Origin: Treponema sp.
GTDB taxonomy: Bacteria > Spirochaetota > Spirochaetia > Treponematales > Breznakiellaceae
Assembly: GCA_031284105.1 (NCBI GenBank)
Contig: JAITAN010000256.1
Span: forward strand, 1-41,481
Direction of reading: 5' to 3'
DNA length: 41,481 bases
Both the position numbers and the translations under genes were made by a program. The notes beneath the pieces are model-generated. The model saw only the letters and a program-made list of their open reading frames with translations, had not been told where the DNA came from and searched no databases. Positions 28,001-37,107 of the stretch are shown piece after piece (the stretch's first letter is position 1; the number at the start of each line of letters is the position of its first letter).

Positions 28001-30449
28001 AAACAGGGAGCGTATAGCGGAATTGGACGCTTCATTTGCCGAAACAAAATCACGCTTGGAAACCGACGTTGAAAATGCCGAAAGGCAGTTGAGACATATT
28101 CAACAGGAAATTGACAAAAGTTCGGACCATATCAAGAATTCTATTGCCATGTCGGTGGAAGATGTTGAATTGCGTATCCGGAATGCTGCTGGAGCCGTAA
28201 ATGCCGATACCAAACATATGCTTGCTGACGTGGAATCCACAATCAGTCAAACCAAGTCGCAGTTTGATAAAGAAATTGCCCAAGCAGAACATCACTTGCA
28301 CGACATTCAGGATAAATTGGCAGAAACTTGCTCTACCATTGAGTCTGATATGAAAGCCGCGGTTGATGTCGCCGAATCTCAATCAAACGAGAAAACCGCC
28401 GCGTTTGAGCGGAAATTTAAGGAACTAGAGACAACCGCAGACGCTATAATACGGAAGTTTGAGGAAGAATTTCAGAAAGCGGCAGAGGACATGGAACAAA
28501 GCGTACTACTTGAAACGGACGCTAAGTTTGATGAGTACCGTGCGGTTCAAGCGGAACAATTCCAGCGTTTTGAACTTTTAGCTGAAGATACGGCTCAGCT
28601 TGAGAATGAGCTTCACGCCTTGCTACAGGAGACGGAAACGCGCGTTAAAACCGATCTTTCCACATTTGAATTAACATCGAAAGAAGAGCAAAAGACTGTT
28701 CTTGCATCGTTTGCCGCTACTGCCGAGTCGCTTAAAGGTGAAATGGTAAATATAGAGCAAGAGCTTGCCGCGTTGAAAGAGCGGGTTTACGGAAATGTTT
28801 CCGAGAAACTCAAAGTGTTTGAGGATGAATTTGCAACGAATCTCAATAAAAGGACCGAAGCCGTAGATCAGCGGCTTACCGAGTGGAAGCAGTTTCTTGA
28901 TAATCAGCTTACCATCATAGCCGAAGACGTTGAGTCCAACCGCAGGCATATCGAAACCACTTACACTGAGAAGCTGGAGGCGGGGCTTAACGGGTACAAC
29001 GACCAGTTGACCGCGCAACTGGAGAAACTCAAAGAGGATGCCGATAACTTTGAGGAAGGCATCAGGGCGCAAATGCAGATCGCGGATGAATCGCTTTTCT
29101 CCCTCAAAGAGCAGTTCCGGCAAGATATGGAAGACGCTCGCAGTTCCGCAGAAGCATCGGTGCGATCCGAAATCGGTAGGCATAATCTTGCTATTGCGGA
29201 CACGCTCAAGCAGAACCAGCGGGAGATGGAAACTAATCTCAAGAAAATTCGAGATGATATTGATGGGCGAAGTAACGAAATTGCGGAGCTTTTTGAGACA
29301 TCCAAAAATAGTATTGACGAGTGGAAGCAGAACCTCAATGCCCAGTTTCGGGATTTGGAGTTCGCATTGGAAGAAGCCCGTAAGCGTAACAGAGAATTGG
29401 TAACGGAAAGTAACGAACGCTTGAGTAACGTACGGGCTTCTATTGAAGATGTACGCATGGAAGCCGATGCCCACCGCGCAGAACTTTTCTCTCGTATTGA
29501 CGAACAGGCGCGGGGTTTAGATATGACAATAAAGGAAGCGGATCGCCATATTAAGGAATTTGTTGCTCAAACGAGCCTTTTTGAACGCGCCGATACGCTT
29601 AAACATGAATTTGAACACCACATCGAAGACTTGAGAGATGATCTTGACCGTCTGGATCAGCGGCGTACCGAAGCAACCGATCTTGAGAACCAGTTTGTCA
29701 AGATCAAGCGTCTTGAAGACGAAGTCAATGCAAAGATGACTCGCTTCCTTTCGGAAAAACACCGTATTGAGCAAATGGAGACCGAATTTAACCGCTTACT
29801 TCAGACATCTAAGGCTGTTGATGAGAAACTCGCCCAGCTTTCGGCATCGGATGATACGCTGCAGGCAATGCAGATTGAAATCCGTAAATTCAATGATGCG
29901 CTTGAAAGCTCCGAGGAGCGGTACCTGCGTATTGAACGCAAAAATCAGACGCTTGAGATCACCAACGAAGGTATTGATCGTAACTTCAAAACTCTGCAAG
30001 AGTCCGAGCAGACTGCCGCGCGTATCAACGCCGAACTGCTGGAGCTTTCTTCGCAGGTAATTTCATTCCGCTCGACGCTCGGCGCTTTGGCTGCTGAAAG
30101 CGAGAAGGCAAAGAATGCCGCAGATAAGATCAAGACGCTGGATGTAACGCTTACCACTATTGATGAACGCATCGCATCGGCTCAGGCATCCCGCGAATGG
30201 CTTGCGCGCCTTGAAACGCGGCTTGAGGAACTGAATAAACAAGCACAGGAACAGGTAAAACTCATGGGAACCTTGATGAAGGACAACTCATCCATCGGTT
30301 CAAAAGGTAAGGGCGCTCCGTCCGTGGGGGTGCGGGAGAATGTGATAAAGCTGGCGCATCAGGGCTGGACAGTTGATGAGATTGCCCGCTCGTTGAAGCT
30401 GGGACGAGGCGAAGTGGAGCTGATTTTAGAATTATCTCAAAAAGGATAA
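25059..30449 (+). CDS. Giant membrane-anchored coiled-coil protein (1796 aa) with C-terminal helix-turn-helix-like domain
   Basis: The N-terminal TM helix is IVGNIITLLIVGVVLFLY. About 1700 aa are E/K/A/L/Q-rich heptad-like sequence. A recurring motif A(D/N).RL..W(K/R) occurs at least six times. Internal tandem duplications begin at 27282, 27696 and 28023. The C-terminal tail is NVIKLAHQGWTVDEIARSLKLGRGEVELILELS. Confidence 0.85.
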   Translation: MAIVGNIITLLIVGVVLFLYRQLDKRNRSLDKVRKYAEHLKDELSVFVAGKESAVKDYSIDLDVQQKSAKELMHKLKLTEEELAEKAKAIAKIDERINAYDTSLEELVRMTGLVQENLDRISEESAFVETVNKKVSDARDKLFVFEKELVGLKQRFEQDNAVALSKLSNSMLTEVKSSIVALKTESERIQRNVTEQREAIEKTEQVRSANLARDMEAINKTLQEVAERAGATAGRMEEATLVKLKAQSEERIRRLQNSIEENLRLHQESARERLVELNGIAAKQLESWNISSKDIEDQRQRFVEEWSRGVEEVTVLLKTRQAEWMTAADEKEANSKQILSEAEHAAASIRSYIVEQNDALEQKLKETRTHMDETITALEDRLVNASRIAEQKVMERADERLGSWRQVALDADANLQKTLLGLEASSDQIKNFFEHECAILEQRLKDTKKQTEDDIALLKQQIFDTAQEAEAKVSEEADANLEQIYRSFENMDKQFTDMQSKTNDAVSLMEARLRETAAASEKRVLESADTRLEDWKQVAANTEVKLKSLLHEIEISHDAAHSQLETEMGHIRQQLDGARVHTEQAIAELENSIAKTAAAVDAKIASEADAKLVRWLHESENQDTKAKQILEELEDVTAQAKMHFASEIEAFNKRIDEERIYTDEVIVELRDKFAIEAEALDGKIGDADVRTDNAILELDKQISAACAELREDIAKTASTAKADIADDLNAAEKQNKLRVAELEASFADTKAHLDEEIAKAEEQVQAFRERFKETVTHIEDAVNTAVSNTDIKAEHAANDRLVRWKSAFEAGDAQIVRRLAELEGLSTQTKAGINADLDGINEKNARRLSELETMWMQTKEAISSELDHAGEQNKARVAGLEASFAEVKERIASEIAETESHLHSIEKKVDETMSGIEDAMSTAVANTDAKVENAANDRLEQWKHAFESGDEQNMKRLEELETLAARTKAGITAELDQGGEQNRERIAELDASFAETKSRLETDVENAERQLRHIQQEIDKSSDHIKNSIAMSVEDVELRIRNAAGAVNADTKHMLADVESTISQTKSQFDKEIAQAEHHLHDIQDKLAETCSTIESDMKAAVDVAESQSNEKTAAFERKFKELETTADAIIRKFEEEFQKAAEDMEQSVLLETDAKFDEYRAVQAEQFQRFELLAEDTAQLENELHALLQETETRVKTDLSTFELTSKEEQKTVLASFAATAESLKGEMVNIEQELAALKERVYGNVSEKLKVFEDEFATNLNKRTEAVDQRLTEWKQFLDNQLTIIAEDVESNRRHIETTYTEKLEAGLNGYNDQLTAQLEKLKEDADNFEEGIRAQMQIADESLFSLKEQFRQDMEDARSSAEASVRSEIGRHNLAIADTLKQNQREMETNLKKIRDDIDGRSNEIAELFETSKNSIDEWKQNLNAQFRDLEFALEEARKRNRELVTESNERLSNVRASIEDVRMEADAHRAELFSRIDEQARGLDMTIKEADRHIKEFVAQTSLFERADTLKHEFEHHIEDLRDDLDRLDQRRTEATDLENQFVKIKRLEDEVNAKMTRFLSEKHRIEQMETEFNRLLQTSKAVDEKLAQLSASDDTLQAMQIEIRKFNDALESSEERYLRIERKNQTLEITNEGIDRNFKTLQESEQTAARINAELLELSSQVISFRSTLGALAAESEKAKNAADKIKTLDVTLTTIDERIASAQASREWLARLETRLEELNKQAQEQVKLMGTLMKDNSSIGSKGKGAPSVGVRENVIKLAHQGWTVDEIARSLKLGRGEVELILELSQKG

Positions 30450-30455
30450 CATCCC

Positions 30456-31232
30456 GTGAATATTATCCTTTTTGAACCGCTTGAAATTGGTAAGCCGCTT
30501 TCTAAACGTGATGAACGCGCCGTGCACCTTCTCAAGGTGTTGCATAAACAAGTCGGTGATACTTTTGAGGCAGGCATCATTGGCGGGGATCTTGGTACGG
30601 GGCTTATTGAAAATATCAAGCTTGAGGGCATTGTTTTTTCCCTTAATCTGAAAGAGCATCCACCGCCGCGTCTGCCGATCTGTATTGGCGTGGGGTTTCC
30701 CCGCCCTATACAATTACGCCGCCTTTTGCGCGATCTTGCAAACTTCGGCGTTGAGGCAATAGACCTTTTCGGTACGGATTTGGGCGAGAAAAGCTACCGC
30801 GATACGAAATTACTCACGGACGGCGGCGCTCATGCGGCGCTTGTGGAGGGAGCTGTGCAGGCGCGTGATTCCCGTATTCCGCTGGTGTTCGCGTATGAAA
30901 GCATAGACGCATGGCTTTCGGAGCGCCCTTGGGAAAAGGATCGGCAGTCGCCGTACGCCGATTCCGGGAGAGACAGAAACCTTCGCACCAGTTCTATTCT
31001 TGTCGCTGCGGACAATATACGACCAGAAGGCGCTCTATCCCTGCTCAACCCTCTTGGGCATCCTCTGGTGATCGCAGTGGGAGCGGAACGAGGCTGGTCT
31101 GACCGTGAGCGTGCCGAACTGGAAAACGCCGGATTCACTCGTCTTTCTATGGGCAAACGGACTATGAGAACCGAAACGGCATGTGTTGCGGCTGCGGTGT
31201 TGGCTATGGAAAAACTCGGTGAGTTGGAATAA
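30456..31232 (+). CDS. rsmE: 16S rRNA (uracil1498-N3)-methyltransferase
   Basis: GTG start lies 6 nt after the preceding stop. The C-terminal SPOUT knot signature is VIAVGAERGWSDRE...GKRTMRTETA. Confidence 0.85.
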   Translation: MNIILFEPLEIGKPLSKRDERAVHLLKVLHKQVGDTFEAGIIGGDLGTGLIENIKLEGIVFSLNLKEHPPPRLPICIGVGFPRPIQLRRLLRDLANFGVEAIDLFGTDLGEKSYRDTKLLTDGGAHAALVEGAVQARDSRIPLVFAYESIDAWLSERPWEKDRQSPYADSGRDRNLRTSSILVAADNIRPEGALSLLNPLGHPLVIAVGAERGWSDRERAELENAGFTRLSMGKRTMRTETACVAAAVLAMEKLGELE

Positions 31233-31263
31233 TATTACACTAAATCATTATGAGGAGAGGAAT

Positions 31264-32058
31264 TTGAATCAAGATCACGTCAAAGAGCAGCTTTTAGCTA
31301 TAGAAGACGCACCGTTGGAGTTTTCTTTGGTATTTTCGGGCAAGAAAAGCAAGAAGATGAACGGGTTATACAAGCCGGATGCCAGAGAAATCGTTATTCA
31401 CAACCGTAACTTTACCGATGATAATCTTTTGCTGTACACGGCGATACACGAATATGCCCACCATTTACATGCATGTACGCGGGGAGGCAAGCTTTCCGTA
31501 CGCGCTCATACTTCGGAATTCTGGGCTATTCTCCATAATCTCCTTGAAAAAGCCGAAGCTAAACATATTTACCGGAATGTGTTTGCATCTTCTCCTGAAC
31601 TGACGGCATTAACTGAAACCATCAGGGCGAAGTACCTTGCGGAGAACGGAACGCTGGTTAAAGAATTCGGAGAAAAGCTGGTGGTGGCGCATGATCTGTG
31701 TGAGAAGATCGGCGGGCGTTTTGAGGATTATATCGACAGAGTATTGAGAATTCCGCGCCTTGCGGCTATGGCCGCCATAAAGACGCATCAGTACAACATA
31801 AATCCTTCCGTTGGCCCCGACAACATGCGTTTTTTGGCAGGTATCAAGGATGAGGATACCCGCGCGGCCGCAGAATCAGCCCTGATCGGCGGGAAAAGCC
31901 CCGATGCGGTAAAAAGCGCCGCAAAGATGCAGCGTACGCCCTCCATTGAAGAGCCTCCTCGAGATCGACTTGAAAAAGAAAAGGCCCGTCTTGAGCGAAC
32001 TATTACTTTACTTAACAAACGCCTTGATGAAATTGAGCAGGAATTGGAACGGTGTTAG
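31264..32058 (+). CDS. SprT/YgjP-like zinc metalloprotease-domain protein with C-terminal coiled coil
   Basis: HEYAHHLH...HTSEFW fits the HE..H(x~10-15)H..FW pattern. The likely start is TTG 31264, preceded by GAGGAGAGG (31252-31260). The ORF extends to 31183 but that would overlap rsmE. The C-terminus RDRLEKEKARLERTITLLNKRLDEIEQELE is coiled coil. Confidence 0.65.
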   Translation: MNQDHVKEQLLAIEDAPLEFSLVFSGKKSKKMNGLYKPDAREIVIHNRNFTDDNLLLYTAIHEYAHHLHACTRGGKLSVRAHTSEFWAILHNLLEKAEAKHIYRNVFASSPELTALTETIRAKYLAENGTLVKEFGEKLVVAHDLCEKIGGRFEDYIDRVLRIPRLAAMAAIKTHQYNINPSVGPDNMRFLAGIKDEDTRAAAESALIGGKSPDAVKSAAKMQRTPSIEEPPRDRLEKEKARLERTITLLNKRLDEIEQELERC

Positions 32059-33089
32059 CGGTACATACACACAAGATTTTTGTTCTGTCGTTTGTTCTAC
32101 TGCCCTTTACGTTGGCAGCTCAAATCGGCCCCAATATACGAAGTATTGATGAACAGCGTGAACTTTTCCCGGCTCTACTCTTTGCCGATAAACTTGCGGC
32201 GGAGCGGACAAGAGAAGGCCATAAACCGTACTGGGTTAATACACAAGCGGAAATGGAAGCTTCAAAGCCCATAACGCCGGATCAGCGTTCGCTTTTACTT
32301 AATAACGATATTTTGGCGTATTATGGACATCCGAATTCCGTAAACATGGGGATATTGGGACGTTATTCAATGGAAGAGCTGGACGCACGGCTTACGAAAC
32401 TCGCCGGTGAATACAAAAGAGCGGGAGGCAGAAACGTTATCACCGCGTTTTATATCATTTATGGAACCGTGTGGCCCGAAGGAGAGATCGGTATCATCAA
32501 CAACGAGCTTCTTATGAAGTACATAAACTATGCACAAAAGCGTAATATGCTCGTCTTCATTGATCACCAAATCGGTAAATACGATCCGGTTACGGCTATA
32601 AAAAGAATGCTTCCCTATCTCAAATATCCCAATGTTCACCTTGCCCTTGATCCCGAATGGCGTACAACCAAACCCATGAAAGAAATCGGTACGGTAACCG
32701 CAGGAGAGATCAATCAGGTTCAACAGGTCATGGAAGATTACATGAAGACAAACGGTATCGGCGGCGAGCGGATGCTGGTGATCCACCAATTTAAGCCGTG
32801 GATGATCTCAAACCGCGCCGGATTGAAGACCGGTTTTAGCAATGTGCGGCTTGTGCATTGTGCGGATGGTTTTGGAAACCCTGCCCAGAAGCTCGGCTCT
32901 TATAAAGCAAACGCATTCGATGATTACAATGAACGCGATCCGGTAAAGCCGACGCTCAATTTACCGGTTAAAGCGTTCAAGCTATTTTACAATTTCAATA
33001 TACCGGGCGCGGGCTTTGACAGCCCGCTGTTCACGCCGAAGGATGTATATTCCTTGAACCCGAGACCATACGTGATCATGTATCAGTAA
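32052..33089 (+). CDS. Secreted hypothetical protein
   Basis: 345-aa ORF. The GTG start overlaps the preceding stop by 7 nt. Signal peptide KIFVLSFVLLPFTLAAQ. I recognise no confident family. Confidence 0.65.
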   Translation: MLAVHTHKIFVLSFVLLPFTLAAQIGPNIRSIDEQRELFPALLFADKLAAERTREGHKPYWVNTQAEMEASKPITPDQRSLLLNNDILAYYGHPNSVNMGILGRYSMEELDARLTKLAGEYKRAGGRNVITAFYIIYGTVWPEGEIGIINNELLMKYINYAQKRNMLVFIDHQIGKYDPVTAIKRMLPYLKYPNVHLALDPEWRTTKPMKEIGTVTAGEINQVQQVMEDYMKTNGIGGERMLVIHQFKPWMISNRAGLKTGFSNVRLVHCADGFGNPAQKLGSYKANAFDDYNERDPVKPTLNLPVKAFKLFYNFNIPGAGFDSPLFTPKDVYSLNPRPYVIMYQ

Positions 33090-33173
33090 ACGGATAGTGT
33101 CCTGCGGTCTTGAGAAAAGTATGTTTTTTTGTATACTTGTCTAAAAGTATCCAAAAGAAAAAAGGATTGTCAG

Positions 33174-34478
33174 ATGTTATTTAGATCAACTCAATCGAAT
33201 ACAACGCGGGTCTCTTACAAAGAGGCAATTCTCAATGGGCTGCCGCCTGAAGGAGGGTTGTATGTTCTTGATTCGGTTATGGACATGCGGCAGTTTTTCC
33301 TTTACATGGATAGTGAAACAACATTTCAGGAATTGGTATCCGCCATATCGCCGGTGCTGCTTCAAGGCGAGTTAAACCCGTTAACCGCGGCCGTGGTTGC
33401 GGGAAACGCCTTTGATTTTGAGCCGGAATTGCAGCAATTAGACGAGCATTATTCTATACTAAACTTGTACAACGGTCCAACCGGGGTGTTTAAGGATTTT
33501 GGCATTGCGTACATCGCCGCGCTTGTGGAAGAATTCGCGCCGCATGATAAAAAGACCATGGTATTGTCCGCGGCCCGCGGCGATACAGGCGTCAGTATTG
33601 CCCGTGCCTTTGATAAAAAGAAAAATACCATATCGGTTATTCTGTATCCCTCCGGTACCATTCACGGGCTTGATGAAGCGGCTTTTGTGGAACATGGGGG
33701 CAACATAATCCCCATTCAGATAGACGGAACTTTTGACGATTGCCAGCGGCTCATTACGGAAATCATGAAGGACAGAGATTTTGTTGGACGTTACAACACG
33801 ACAACGGCCAATGCCATCAATGTGGGACGGCTTCTGCCCCAGACGTTCTATTATCTTTACGCCTTCATTAAGGTGAAGAAGCGGCTTTCCGGCGATCTGC
33901 GCTTCAGCGTACCCTGCGGGAATTTCGGCAGCCTTATTGCAGGGCTCTACGCGTGGAAATTCGGCGTGCCGGTGAGCGGTTTTGTTGCGGCGATGAACGC
34001 CAACAATGCGTTTGCCAATTTCTTTTCAGGAAAAACCTTTACCCCGAAACAGCGGATCGCGACCATTTCACCGGCGCTTGACGTGTGTTTTCCATCCAAC
34101 TACGAGCGCCTCGCCTCGTTTTATGATGAAGCCCCGCTCGTGATGCGGAACATGGTCTTTCCCCAATCAATAGATGATGAGGCCACCCGTAACGCCATGA
34201 AAGAGGTGTGGATGAAATACAACATCATGCTCGATCCCCATGCGGCGGTGGCGTTTGCGGCCGCAAAGAAGAGCGCCGAAATAAAAGGCGAGGAGTACCA
34301 TACGGTCGTCCTTGCCACCGCGCATCCGGCAAAATATGCGGCGTTGGTTTCTGAAACGCTTGGAGAAACGGTAGCGATACCCGAAAAACTCGCCTTGCTC
34401 AAAAAGGAATGTGAGCCGACTGCCTGTATTCCTCCGCACATTGATACTTTGGAAAGCGCTATTGCAAGCTGTTTTTAA
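33174..34478 (+). CDS. thrC: Threonine synthase
   Basis: N-terminus STQSN..VSYKEAILNGLPPEGGLYV. The PLP-lysine motif is GPTGVFKDFG. ATG 33174 follows AAGGA. The ORF begins upstream at 33129. Confidence 0.88.
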   Translation: MLFRSTQSNTTRVSYKEAILNGLPPEGGLYVLDSVMDMRQFFLYMDSETTFQELVSAISPVLLQGELNPLTAAVVAGNAFDFEPELQQLDEHYSILNLYNGPTGVFKDFGIAYIAALVEEFAPHDKKTMVLSAARGDTGVSIARAFDKKKNTISVILYPSGTIHGLDEAAFVEHGGNIIPIQIDGTFDDCQRLITEIMKDRDFVGRYNTTTANAINVGRLLPQTFYYLYAFIKVKKRLSGDLRFSVPCGNFGSLIAGLYAWKFGVPVSGFVAAMNANNAFANFFSGKTFTPKQRIATISPALDVCFPSNYERLASFYDEAPLVMRNMVFPQSIDDEATRNAMKEVWMKYNIMLDPHAAVAFAAAKKSAEIKGEEYHTVVLATAHPAKYAALVSETLGETVAIPEKLALLKKECEPTACIPPHIDTLESAIASCF

Positions 34479-35385
34479 TCGTTTTAAGCAACCAACAACC
34501 TATGCCCTACTACGGAAAACGCCGCTTTTTTTCGTATGCGCGCTTTTCATGCAGGCATACCTCCTATATGGGCAAACGCCTACGCGAGCGGAACAGACGA
34601 TGAAAGCCCTTGCCGCGGCGTATCCCGACCGTATCGGGAGCGCCGTTTTCAGAAACGGCGATTGGGCGGTTCAGGTGTACGGCAGGTGGTTTTACTATAC
34701 GGACGGGAGGCTACTTCCCGAAGAGCTGCGGCGGAATGCCTCGGAGTATGACCCTCAGACGTTTTACCAGTACCCAAAAGATTTGCCCGAATGGAAAGCG
34801 CCTGACGCCCAGGCGGCCGCGCAATACAGGAACATGCAGTTGCGGCGTTCCACTCGGCTTACCAAACGTTCCCAGCATTTTTTTGATGCGTTATGGCGGG
34901 CGGCCAGCAAGGACGAGGCGTATCTGCATGTAAAGACCATCCGCTTTCTGGGCAGGAATGTACTCGTTCATTATTCCATACTTGAGGAACTCGCGCTTAT
35001 CGAAGAACGCATCAATGCGGAAGCCGGAAGCAACCTACAGGTGAGGCAGTGGATAAACAATATAACAAGCGTTTCCGCGTGGAATTGGCGGGACATTGCC
35101 GATGTTCAGAGCAGGAGCTTTCATTCTTATGGTGCGGCAATCGACATTCAGACTAAAGCCCAGCGCGGCGAAGAAAGCTATTGGCTCTGGACAAGCCAGA
35201 AAGGCGTTGACTGGTGGGCTGTTCCCTATCAAAACCGGCTGCACCCGCCGGATGCGGTGGTCAAGATCTTCGAGTCGTACGGCTTTGTGTGGGGCGGCAA
35301 ATGGCTTTTTTACGATACCATGCACTTTGAATACAGACCGGAGGTATTTATTTTGAATAATATCCCGATGAATAAGGCGAGGTAA
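34411..35385 (+). CDS. M15-family (LAS) D-Ala-D-Ala carboxypeptidase-like zinc peptidase
   Basis: SFHSYGAAIDI and YGFVWGGKW..YDTMHFEY are the H..D / H zinc ligands of VanY/M15 enzymes. The start is uncertain: GTG 34411 overlaps thrC by 68 nt, and in-frame alternatives are TTG 34441, TTG 34462 and ATG 34549. Confidence 0.75.
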   Translation: MSRLPVFLRTLILWKALLQAVFNRFKQPTTYALLRKTPLFFVCALFMQAYLLYGQTPTRAEQTMKALAAAYPDRIGSAVFRNGDWAVQVYGRWFYYTDGRLLPEELRRNASEYDPQTFYQYPKDLPEWKAPDAQAAAQYRNMQLRRSTRLTKRSQHFFDALWRAASKDEAYLHVKTIRFLGRNVLVHYSILEELALIEERINAEAGSNLQVRQWINNITSVSAWNWRDIADVQSRSFHSYGAAIDIQTKAQRGEESYWLWTSQKGVDWWAVPYQNRLHPPDAVVKIFESYGFVWGGKWLFYDTMHFEYRPEVFILNNIPMNKAR

Positions 35386-35408
35386 CGGCTGCTCCGGTTG
35401 GGGCGTTC

Positions 35409-36254
35409 TTATGCACGGTCCTGCGTTCCAAATTTAAGATAATAAAAATTAACCATTTTTAATAAATCAGAGAACAGCATGTTCATTGCGGTTGATATTT
35501 TCCAGCGGGCGTCCCGTTTAATATTTTTAAAATAAGGCTCGGCGGATTTTAGATGTAATAAAGGCGACCATGAGGTAAATACGTTTGGGTTATTTATATA
35601 GAAGCGCATAACCGCCCCTTTATGTCCGGATTTTTTTACCATTCCGTTGGATACCCGTAACGCGGCTTTTATTTGCCCGTCAAAATAAAGCTCTCCGGCC
35701 GGAAAATTGTCCGCCAGCGTGATAAATAAGTTCCGGACATCATCTTCCATAAAATAGACAAAAACTCCGCCGCTTACAAATAAAATGCCGTCTTCTGCAT
35801 TGAAATGAACGTCTTTAATCCACGAATAATCAAATATTGATTTGGCTATACACGTATTCCGGGGGCCTTCGGGAATTATTTTCTTTCTTAGCGTAATAAC
35901 ATCGATCAGATCGATATCGTACCACCGGATGGTGCCGTTATCTACACGGGAGAAAGCGGTATCAAAGCCCGCGCCGATATTAACCACGGTTGCATTGGGG
36001 TGTTCCTGCACAAACCGTTTAATAACCGCGTCGATTTTCCGGCATCGAATGATATAACATAAGCCGCCGTATTCGCCGAACGCTTTTTCAATTTCGCTAA
36101 AGTTATAATCCAAGTCATTGATGATGCGGATAGACTCCTTATCGTCAAGGATTTCAGGGTAAAGCCTGCTGAAAACAGCCCTGCCCCACAGGGGAAGCAG
36201 CGCGGTTTTTTGTACGCCTTGGAGATCCGGTATTTTTAATTTTTTTGAATTCAT
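35409..36254 (-). CDS. Class I SAM-dependent O-methyltransferase (LCM / TcmP-like family)
   Basis: The SAM motif is VVNIGAGFDT. An acidic-loop motif is WYDIDL, followed by FVSGGVFVYF. 281 aa. Confidence 0.75.
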   Translation of the reverse strand: MNSKKLKIPDLQGVQKTALLPLWGRAVFSRLYPEILDDKESIRIINDLDYNFSEIEKAFGEYGGLCYIIRCRKIDAVIKRFVQEHPNATVVNIGAGFDTAFSRVDNGTIRWYDIDLIDVITLRKKIIPEGPRNTCIAKSIFDYSWIKDVHFNAEDGILFVSGGVFVYFMEDDVRNLFITLADNFPAGELYFDGQIKAALRVSNGMVKKSGHKGAVMRFYINNPNVFTSWSPLLHLKSAEPYFKNIKRDARWKISTAMNMLFSDLLKMVNFYYLKFGTQDRA

Positions 36255-36286
36255 AGTATGCCTTCTTTATTGTTTCAATCCGCACG

Positions 36287-36330
36287 CCCGCCTGAAGCGC
36301 TGCGGCGCTCTGCGGCGGGGATTTTTTATT
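36287..36330 (+). terminator. Plus-strand-oriented intrinsic terminator-like hairpin
   Basis: cccgcc (36287-36292) pairs with ggcggg (36314-36319). An inner stem agcgc/gcgct closes a tgcg loop. The sequence g-a-TTTTTT-a-tt follows (36320-36330). A second 14-bp-stem hairpin lies at 36338-36384. Both flanking genes are on the minus strand. Confidence 0.3.
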
Positions 36331-36429
36331 AAATTTTTTGAAATAGGCGTTCTTAAAACGGCTGTTTTGAAACGCCTATTTCAATCCGCTATCGCAAAGA
36401 TATGGAGGGCGCAGCCCATTATGGCGTAA

Positions 36430-37107
36430 TTACGCAATCACAACGTGCTGAATTTCTCCCCACGGACCGAGCTTTCCCCGCTCGTTTTGCCAGCGGGTAA
36501 CGCAGGACAGGAATTTTCCTTCCGCTTCCGGCGGCAACTCCAGCGTCCACGGCGAGCGGGTCATCAGGCAGGTATCTTTCAATGCGGCGTAGTCCATTAC
36601 CTTTTCAGGACCCCACGTATAATTCAGCAGGCAGCCGTTATCGCCGTAGGGTATGGCTCGGCTTTTCGGCGTACTCTCGTCCTGAAAGTAGATTTCCACT
36701 TCAAAGCCGCCCAAAGGCTTGAGTTTCGTGATCAACGCTCTGGTTTTGGGTTTTCCGATGGGCGAGTAGGTCTTGTCCCCGTTGGGCAGGTTCATGGCCG
36801 TGCGGTCTTCGTTGGTTACCGGGTCAAACATGAGGTATTGGGCGATAAATTGACTGACAAATCCCTCTGCCGCTTTGCGCGCATCGTTTTTAACCTCGGT
36901 ATCCACGGGGGTATGCGGCCCCTGGGTCTTGACGTACGCTGCGTGCCAGGCCGCGGTATGCGCTTTCAGCGCGGTTACTTTCTCCGCGGGTATGTGGGTC
37001 CATACGCCGCTCGTAACCTTATCGTCTACATAACCGGTCAGATTGACCAGCCAGCCGTCAAAATCGGCGTCCCGCCTAGGGATAACGCCTTTACTTCTAC
37101 GTACCAT
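36430..37107 (-). CDS. Hypothetical protein (225 aa)
   Basis: ATG 37107 is preceded by GAGAAGGAGAAAACT, a strong SD. Amino-acid composition is balanced. The 57-codon upstream extension of the ORF, to 37278, simply reads through the 21-bp repeat array. Confidence 0.7.
   Translation of the reverse strand: MVRRSKGVIPRRDADFDGWLVNLTGYVDDKVTSGVWTHIPAEKVTALKAHTAAWHAAYVKTQGPHTPVDTEVKNDARKAAEGFVSQFIAQYLMFDPVTNEDRTAMNLPNGDKTYSPIGKPKTRALITKLKPLGGFEVEIYFQDESTPKSRAIPYGDNGCLLNYTWGPEKVMDYAALKDTCLMTRSPWTLELPPEAEGKFLSCVTRWQNERGKLGPWGEIQHVVIA

Noticed and set aside
25830-29474. Long antisense ORFs inside the giant coiled-coil gene (25830..26441-, 28671..29474-, 28961..29458- and others)
   Set aside because: The GAA/AAG/GCG-rich sense codons give stop-poor antisense frames. 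The translations are Phe/Leu/Ser-rich low-complexity sequence with no start context.
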